Positions 57,081-64,000 of a DNA stretch of 64,000 nucleotides are shown here, piece after piece. Both the position numbers and the translations under genes were made by a program. The DNA is from Paraspadella gotoi (lineage: Eukaryota; Animalia; Chaetognatha): positions 10,663,045 through 10,727,044 of the forward strand of contig CM119267.1 of assembly GCA_051294375.1 (NCBI GenBank), read 5' to 3'. The notes under the pieces were generated by a model. The model had not been told where the DNA came from and did not search any database. It saw nothing but the letters and a program-made list of their open reading frames with translations. Each line of letters opens with the position of its first letter. Position 1 is the first letter of the stretch.

Positions 57081-58636
57081 TCAATTAACTGCGAAGGAAG
57101 CCTAGCTGGATTTATTTCTTTTGACGATTAACGGAATAATTCTCTTAGTACTTTGCTTAAAAGTTTTTGCAATGGAATTTCGTCGTTCAGAAGCGACGTT
57201 TGTTGAGATTCGAAATTAAACGCATTTGTTGAAGAAGGCTGAAGAAAAATTATTTATATTGCAACAAGAGGCGGGTTATGAAATCAGATCATCGACATCT
57301 TGAGAGCGTAAGTGCAATAACTAAGTCAAAATAATTCAAATAACTGGATGAACTGATGACGATGGGCAGTTTACTGTAATTAACAGTAATAACAATGTAG
57401 TCGAATGCTGTTTTTGTGGAAATCAGCAAGCTGGCTTTGTCTAAATTTTACTAGTGTTTGCAAGGTTTTAAAATTGGATAGAATGAGAGGTATATATATC
57501 TTAAATACACAACTGCTTTACGTACAAAACGACAGAAAACATTTCTGTGAAATTATCAGCAAAAAGCTTAAAGTCGGTGTCTAAAGAGCTTGAAGGAAAC
57601 CGCAAATATAAAAAACACAAAAACTATAACCAAGCGAATTAATTGTACGAATAATTTAATGATTCATTGTTCTTGCTTTTATTTGATTAATGCGAAAATT
57701 AAAATAATTAAGAATAGGGTCTTAATTTAAGAAATCATTATATAATATTTATCACAGTCGCAAACAAAAAGATTGTATAAAGCATGTTTAAAGCAAAAGG
57801 TCTTTCTTATTATATGTATTATACTCTGAAGATCCTTTCAGTCTCGATATATTCATACAACGTGCAAAGTTTATTTCTTCGGCATTGCACAAGGAACAAT
57901 TTTGCTATGAAAAGCGAGAGAATTCATTTGTATACGCTAGCAACTGGTAGAACACAGCACATGTAGCCAATTTTTCGAAAACGAAATTATTAGAAAATTG
58001 ACGTCGAAAAATAAAGACAGCGTCAATTAAAAACCCACATCAAGATATGATCTTTTTAAAAACAGTCAAAAACGCCAGCTACAGGCGCTGTAAGAAGGCT
58101 AAAAGCATTCGTAGTATAATTTTTTTAGCAGCCAGATATGCCTAATTAGTTTGATTGAAGAAACAAATTGTTCACCGCGAAAATTGATCTAAAAACATCG
58201 CAGAGACTAGACTTTTTTAAGAGTGATTCCTTCGCAGGTAATAAATTGCATATCAGGAATCATGGGAATCATTACTTTTAAATAAGTTAATACAAATTCA
58301 TGACGCATCTTTTTAAAACATTTCCCCGCCATTTAGCTATAATTATTAGTTATTTATTTTTCGAACAATAAACAAAATTAAATAAATTTAAAAATCTTAA
58401 CAATCAAGTTTCAATAGGTTAAATATAAAAAGTAATATTATCAAGTCAATTACCTAATAACAAGTAACTTATTATGCCAATTTATGGACGGTACCCATTT
58501 TCAAATAAGATTTTTTTAAAAGTTTTTTTTCTTTATTTTAGAGATGTGATCACTGACCACTTCCCGATTAAGCTGGTTTAATGGTATCGGTAACGGTTTT
58601 CAAAAAAATATATTCCAAATGAGACCTTATCCTTTA

Positions 58637-59231
58637 AGTAGGGCTAGCCGACCAAATTTTAATGGGAACAGCACATTGAAGATTAAAGAAAATCATTATC
58701 GGTATTAATTATTGTGTTAAAATATTCTTTTGAAAAAATGATCCAAACCATGAGTAATTCGCTAATTTTAAATATTATTTTGCTATATAATATTAAACAA
58801 TTTTTAAATATTTTGTTTTTTAAATTTATTCTGAGAGAGGTTAAAAAGTTGAACGAAAAATTTAATTATAACTTTTTAAAATTTTGATGTTTGAAAATTA
58901 GCAAAAAGTGTTAAAATCATCGTAAGAAGGTGATGATGATTTTTAAAGGTTTCTATAAATTTTGACCTACTCAGCATAAAAATATTGAAAAAATAATTAT
59001 ACTTTTTATAAGCTATCTGAATCTACTTTTAAAAATACAAAATTTACAAAATTTTTTTGACATTTCTTATCTATAAATAAATGTTAAAAAAAGAGTTAAT
59101 TACTAGTGCTCCGAACCATTTCAGAAAATTTTGGTCCATTGAAAGTTTTCTCAGAAATGTATGAAGTTTCATTTGGGAAGGTTCTCAAATCAAATTTCTG
59201 ACCCACCCAATGTACATAGATTGGCCCTACT
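58637..59231. mobile_element. Putative Kolobok-like MITE between BICD and Ras
   Basis: Short TIRs AGTAGGGCTA and TGGCCCTACT (9/10 match), flanked by TTTA and TTAA; AT-rich non-coding interior. Confidence 0.5.
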
Positions 59232-59512
59232 TTAAGAGCACAAAAAGGAGGGAGTCGTCAAAAAGGAGACAGGATATTAAACCAAAATATCATCATAAGC
59301 GCCATATTTCGTTAGACATTCCTAGATATGAATTAGCATTATCAGTAACGTAGATTTTTTTGGTTGTACACGGTTGAAAATTTAATTTGGTCCTACCGAA
59401 AACTTTTGCCGTAAAAAATTCGTAAAAACTAGAATAATATAATTATTATATATAATTAACTAATTGAAATCTTGATTAAACACAGAATAAAAGGTAAAAA
59501 AAAAACAAAACG

Positions 59513-61897
59513 TTAAACCCGTTTCGAAGGGGGCGAATAGGGATGATGTCCCGAGCTAACGCCATCCTCGCCCCTGGACTTTTTTCCGCCCGAGTTATTG
59601 TTGCCCGAACCTCCGGCGCCAGCGGAGGGTGAACCGCTTCCTCTCCCACCGCCGCCTCCCCTCCTAGACCCCCCTCCTCGCCCACAGCCTTCGTTTAGCC
59701 GCGCCGTTCGCTCCCTGTCCATCTCGATATCTTCTAACCTCTGCGTGAGCGAGAGTTTCTGTTGGATCGCCATACGGAGGAGCGAATTGAGCGTTTTTTT
59801 CTCCTCTTCGGCGGCGGCGAGTTGGCGTTGCAACTCGTCCAGTTGCGTCACGTACTCGTCGCAGCGAGCGGCGAACATGGCTCGCAACGACGCGAACGTG
59901 GCCGCGTCCTCCTTTAAGGCTTTCAACTCGTTGCGCAACTTAAGCATGGTTTCGGTTACGATGGACTTTTCGTTTTCGTACTTGCTCTTTAAATTGGCTA
60001 GAGCTACTTCTGCCGTGTGCTTGTTGGCCTTGAGGACGGTGCGCAGAGTGGCGATCTGCTCGCGTTTGGTGGAAAGGAGAGACTTGAGTTTTCCGACTTG
60101 CTCTTGAAGCTCGGTGACGTCCGAGGTTTGTTCCGCGTCGCCATCGTTTGTCTTTTCGCGCGCTATCTCGGAGACGTTCTCGCAGACGCGTTTAAGGTAC
60201 TTAATCTGGTCACGGATGGCTTCGAGGACGCGTTCGTGAGTCACGGGTTCCTCGTCCTTCTTGTCGTCGGAGGTTTCGCCGTTAGTGGCGGAGATGGTGG
60301 CGGCGTCGGCAGCGCGATCGAGCCAGGCCGACTTCTCCTCATGCAGTTGTTTGACTAGATCGGCGACAGATTTGTTGGGCGGTTTTCCCACCGCAAAGCA
60401 GACGAGGTTATAGATTTGCGCGATTTCGTGGCTTATTTCAAATAATTCGTCCCTGGAAGCTTTCAACTGGGCTGTGGTTTCGCTAGAGTTTTTCTCCGCA
60501 TTGTTGAGTTCCTTCTTGATCTGCATGAGCTTTTCCTCGTAGTTCTTAACTTGCCAGGCGAGTCCGAGTTGCGTAAGGTCGGGCGCGGGACAGACTGAGG
60601 CTGAACCGATAGGCGAGGCGAGGCGTTGCTCGAGGTCCGAGATTTGTTGCAAGGCCGCGAGGTATTTCTTTTCCTGCTCCTTAACAACCTGTTTAAGGAC
60701 GACGACGTGGTGTTGAGAATTGACTTCTTCGTCTTCCACCCCGTTCTCAAGGGTGGCACCGGGAATTTCTTTGAGAATGGAATCGATATCTTTGGCGAGG
60801 TTGTTTGAATTCAATGTGGCCGTCAATTTGGCGATCTCCTCGGCCTTAGACTTGAGGCCAGACTGACATTCTTCCACTTTCTTCTCCAGCTCTCTCTTCT
60901 CGATTTCAGTTTTTTCCAGACGCTCCTCCAGTTCTCCGACGACGCTGAACAGATTGTTACGCGGAGGACTGAGTTTGCGTTGATGCTTGCGAGTAGTCTC
61001 GTTGCCCTCATTCATAAGATCCTGCTCCAGGTGATGAAGAGAATCCATGTCTTGGTCAGAAAAATTGAGATTTTCGCCGAATTGGTGCATTTTAGAAAGA
61101 TGGAGAAGAGATTCTTGGTCGCGCTTTTGGTCAAGCTCCTTTTTAAGGGCATGTCGCTGCTCCCGTTCTATCTTCAAATTTTCCAAGCACTCCTCCACCT
61201 GCTTTTCCGATATTCGCTTGAGACTATTTAACTCTTCGATCTGACTTTCCAAATAGTTAATCTCTTCCTGCAATCGCTTGTTCATGTGTTTCGTGCCTTC
61301 GAATTCGATCTGGTTATGCTTTAAAGTGGATACTTGTTTCTGCAAATGGATGTTTTCCTCCTCCAACTCGGAATAATCGGCCAAAAGCCTCGTTTCCCTC
61401 CACTTGAAATCCTTGAGTTCTTTTCTCGATTTTCTTTGCTCTTCCTCCATATTCTCTTTCTGCTGTTGCAGATCTTTCGCCTCGTCGCCAAGATTCTCTT
61501 TTTCTGCCTCGAGCCTTTCGTTCGTTTGCTTCAGCTTCATGTAGTCCGATTGCATCTTGTCGAGGGTCGCCTGCAGCAGAGCTTCGTTCGAGGCCGTCTC
61601 TTGCAAGAGGGATTCCTCGAACGAAACTCCGACGGCCGTTTGGGTTTTCATGTTTTGTTGAATCTGACCCAGGGCCTCCTTGGCGCAATCGCGTTCGTGC
61701 TTAGTGGTCTCATAGAGCTCCTGAAGCTGGTTTAATTGCTCCTTCAAGACTGCTTGCTCCCCGAGAAGCTGAAGTCCGTATTCCGCCGCTTGATGTTTTT
61801 GCTGCGTAATTTCGTCCAATTCAATTCGAAGTTTCGAAAATTCCATTCGTAGATCGTCCGGAGATAGATCCGATGGATCAGGAACGAAAGTGGACAT
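59513..61897 (-). CDS. BICD: Bicaudal-D dynein adaptor, single exon, 794 aa
   Basis: CC1 box QAAEYGLQLL; DYSELEEENIHLQKQVS; CC3 LKSLLSTKREQIATLRTVLKANKHTAEVALANLKSKY...EDAATFASLRAMFAARCDEY...LLRMAIQQKL. Confidence 0.97.
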   Translation of the reverse strand: MSTFVPDPSDLSPDDLRMEFSKLRIELDEITQQKHQAAEYGLQLLGEQAVLKEQLNQLQELYETTKHERDCAKEALGQIQQNMKTQTAVGVSFEESLLQETASNEALLQATLDKMQSDYMKLKQTNERLEAEKENLGDEAKDLQQQKENMEEEQRKSRKELKDFKWRETRLLADYSELEEENIHLQKQVSTLKHNQIEFEGTKHMNKRLQEEINYLESQIEELNSLKRISEKQVEECLENLKIEREQRHALKKELDQKRDQESLLHLSKMHQFGENLNFSDQDMDSLHHLEQDLMNEGNETTRKHQRKLSPPRNNLFSVVGELEERLEKTEIEKRELEKKVEECQSGLKSKAEEIAKLTATLNSNNLAKDIDSILKEIPGATLENGVEDEEVNSQHHVVVLKQVVKEQEKKYLAALQQISDLEQRLASPIGSASVCPAPDLTQLGLAWQVKNYEEKLMQIKKELNNAEKNSSETTAQLKASRDELFEISHEIAQIYNLVCFAVGKPPNKSVADLVKQLHEEKSAWLDRAADAATISATNGETSDDKKDEEPVTHERVLEAIRDQIKYLKRVCENVSEIAREKTNDGDAEQTSDVTELQEQVGKLKSLLSTKREQIATLRTVLKANKHTAEVALANLKSKYENEKSIVTETMLKLRNELKALKEDAATFASLRAMFAARCDEYVTQLDELQRQLAAAEEEKKTLNSLLRMAIQQKLSLTQRLEDIEMDRERTARLNEGCGRGGGSRRGGGGGRGSGSPSAGAGGSGNNNSGGKKSRGEDGVSSGHHPYSPPSKRV

Positions 61898-63074
61898 TTT
61901 TAATTTTTAAATATAACTCCTCAATATCAATATCGATTATTTTTTTATATAGTCATGGTTATTATTAAGTTTATTAATACATTCCTCTGAAATAAAGATT
62001 TTTAAAGTCATACGATCGTGATGATTAAAATTTTACAATGCTTTTCAAATCATTGAAAGAGCAATTGCACTAAGCGAAAATCAACAACATTCAAAAACTC
62101 AAAAGTTATTGTAAAAATTGTGTCAGTTAAAAAATTTGAAAACAATTTCAAACAAATTGCGCATTGATTTGAAAAACTTATTACATCTAAAGCAATGAAT
62201 GTTTCTACAAATAACAACAATCCACATATAATCTGTAATGTATCCTGGTTTAAATTTTTAGGAGATCAATACAAATCTAAGTACTATTTTGATCTTTGCT
62301 TTTAGACCGTAGATCCTACTATTTGGTTCATTAAAGTTATATTGAACTCCATCAATAATTTACTAAGAATTTTTTTGTTTTTTTGTTTTCTTCACATATT
62401 ACAAAAAATACATCAATGTATTCGTGGAAATATCCCTTGAATATATGGCAATGCAGATATTTATCTGCGATAACATCGCTGAGTGAGACTAGATAATATG
62501 CTAAACTAAAGGATTAAATTTTTGATAAATACAACAAGAGTGGGAAAACTCAGATTATGGTCATCCTAAAAAAAATTAATGATGTTAAAATGTATGAAAA
62601 TGCAAGAAACACCCATTTTATTATTTCATTTATTTATCATCACAACTATGAATGCAGATAAATTTATCCGGTCGTTATTTAAAAAACCGATATTTTTTTT
62701 TGCAACAATATTCGACGACCGAGTTACTCCACCCTTCTACTCAAAATAAGATTTAATATGCAGTGTTTGAAATGCAAGATTTAACTTTTCACTGTGGGCG
62801 TCCCTAACTATATCGTTACGGAGCGATTATCCCAGAACGAATTCCAATCCCGAAGCAGTTTGTTTTTTTATTTTTTTAAATTTGGTAAGTCGCCTCAATC
62901 ATAAGATTTTTCCAAGTCAGAAATGAAAAACGTTCAGGAAGAATTACCAAGGCAGTTAAGTTCAAAAAGTTAAAAACAATCACTCTTGTTAGAATAAGAA
63001 ATGAAAAACGGTTTTAAATACTGCTAGGCTTCAACAATAAAAACAAAAACTTACAAACAAAACAAATAAGAAAT

Positions 63075-64000
63075 TTACTGAGGAGGTGGTCCGTCAGAAT
63101 ACCTCAGTTGCGGTTGCAACGACCACCTAAGGTTATTCCTAGAATGACAACAATCAGGGGAAAACAAAATGTTGAGAGCGATGAACAGCACGAGAAATGC
63201 GATGGAAACGAGGGCCAACGTGGAACGGCGGCGGAATATGCGAGATAGAAAACTGGACGAGATTCTTGAGTCGGTGTCATCTTCGGCGTCGTCGTCGTCA
63301 TCATGGGATTCGCAAATAAAAGGCCACCTCTTATCTTCAAAAGTATCCTCGACGCCTTCATCGCAAGACGGGTTCAACCAATCGGCGGCGCTCAATTCAT
63401 TAACTTCCCGACACAGAGCTCTCAATTGCGAGAGGAGAATCTCTCGCGCCGCGGAAGACGCAACTGGGAGTAACTCATTCGCCAATTCCTGCAAGCGTCG
63501 TAGGTCTTCTTCCAAAAACTCGGCGTGCCTCTCTAAAAGTCGACGATCCATTTCAAAAGACTCAAAATTGAAATCTTTCGCATCCTTCGCAGATCCACGA
63601 TTTTCCAATGTCGCTCTTCGCAGCATCTGCCCTCGTCGACGTTGAATTTTAAGTCCAAAAACAGTCTCTCCTACGAATTCATCAAACATCAACCACTGCT
63701 GAAACGTGGCTTTCAGATCGATTAATCGTTGCGCGAGCACATTCGCTAATCCTTCCAATTCTTCGTCTACTGCGGCAACGGAATCTGAGATTTTCTGAAC
63801 ATTGTACCTCGGATTTGTGTCGGCAAAGAGGATGAGGCGGCTCTGTGTCTCGTCGAGCAGTAAACGACGATCGGCTATATCGCGGCCGAGATTCTGTAGA
63901 TCGGAGACCAACGCTTCAAGACGAGCAGCATCGTCGGCGACGACGTCTGTTTCGATCCAAGACGAAACTGTGTCGCGGAAGTCGATGGCACTGAGGAGAT
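63075..64000 (-). CDS. KASH-domain protein (nesprin/SYNE-like), 3' end only
   Basis: Frame is open to the window end. Spectrin-repeat-like helices, then a TM segment (LALVSIAFLVLFIALNILF) and a luminal tail DCCHSRNNLRWSLQPQLRYSDGPPPQ-stop with the KASH PPPX end. Confidence 0.88.
   Translation of the reverse strand, partial: LLSAIDFRDTVSSWIETDVVADDAARLEALVSDLQNLGRDIADRRLLLDETQSRLILFADTNPRYNVQKISDSVAAVDEELEGLANVLAQRLIDLKATFQQWLMFDEFVGETVFGLKIQRRRGQMLRRATLENRGSAKDAKDFNFESFEMDRRLLERHAEFLEEDLRRLQELANELLPVASSAAREILLSQLRALCREVNELSAADWLNPSCDEGVEDTFEDKRWPFICESHDDDDDAEDDTDSRISSSFLSRIFRRRSTLALVSIAFLVLFIALNILFSPDCCHSRNNLRWSLQPQLRYSDGPPPQ

Overview
Genomic DNA from a compact, AT-rich animal genome, probably an invertebrate, with short GT-AG introns. 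I can support 16 protein-coding genes and all 16 are on the minus strand. In transcription order they are: KASH/nesprin (3' end only), BICD, Ras, cytoplasmic dynein heavy chain, an RWD-RING protein, SMCHD1, ANAPC11, ZNHIT3, TMEM72-like, MED6, FBXO45, CoREST/RCOR, PCCB, KIF6, EMC5/MMGT1 and GANP/MCM3AP (5' part only). Several stop-to-start gaps are only about 80-330 bp, U-rich, and end in an apparently unpaired splice acceptor just before the ATG. This suggests a polycistronic, SL trans-spliced operon (inference). A 3.8-kb dynein intron holds a nested mobile-element stack. The outer element is non-coding and Penelope-like/retrozyme-like, with a 12-bp TSD, inverted terminal arms and minimal type I hammerhead ribozymes. 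One arm is split at TTAA by a Kolobok-like insertion, which itself contains a second related hammerhead element. SMCHD1 introns hold two Helentron-type (HINE/DINE-1-like) elements and a TA-flanked Tc1/mariner-type MITE. All gene calls rest on recognition of motifs by eye; no searches were run.
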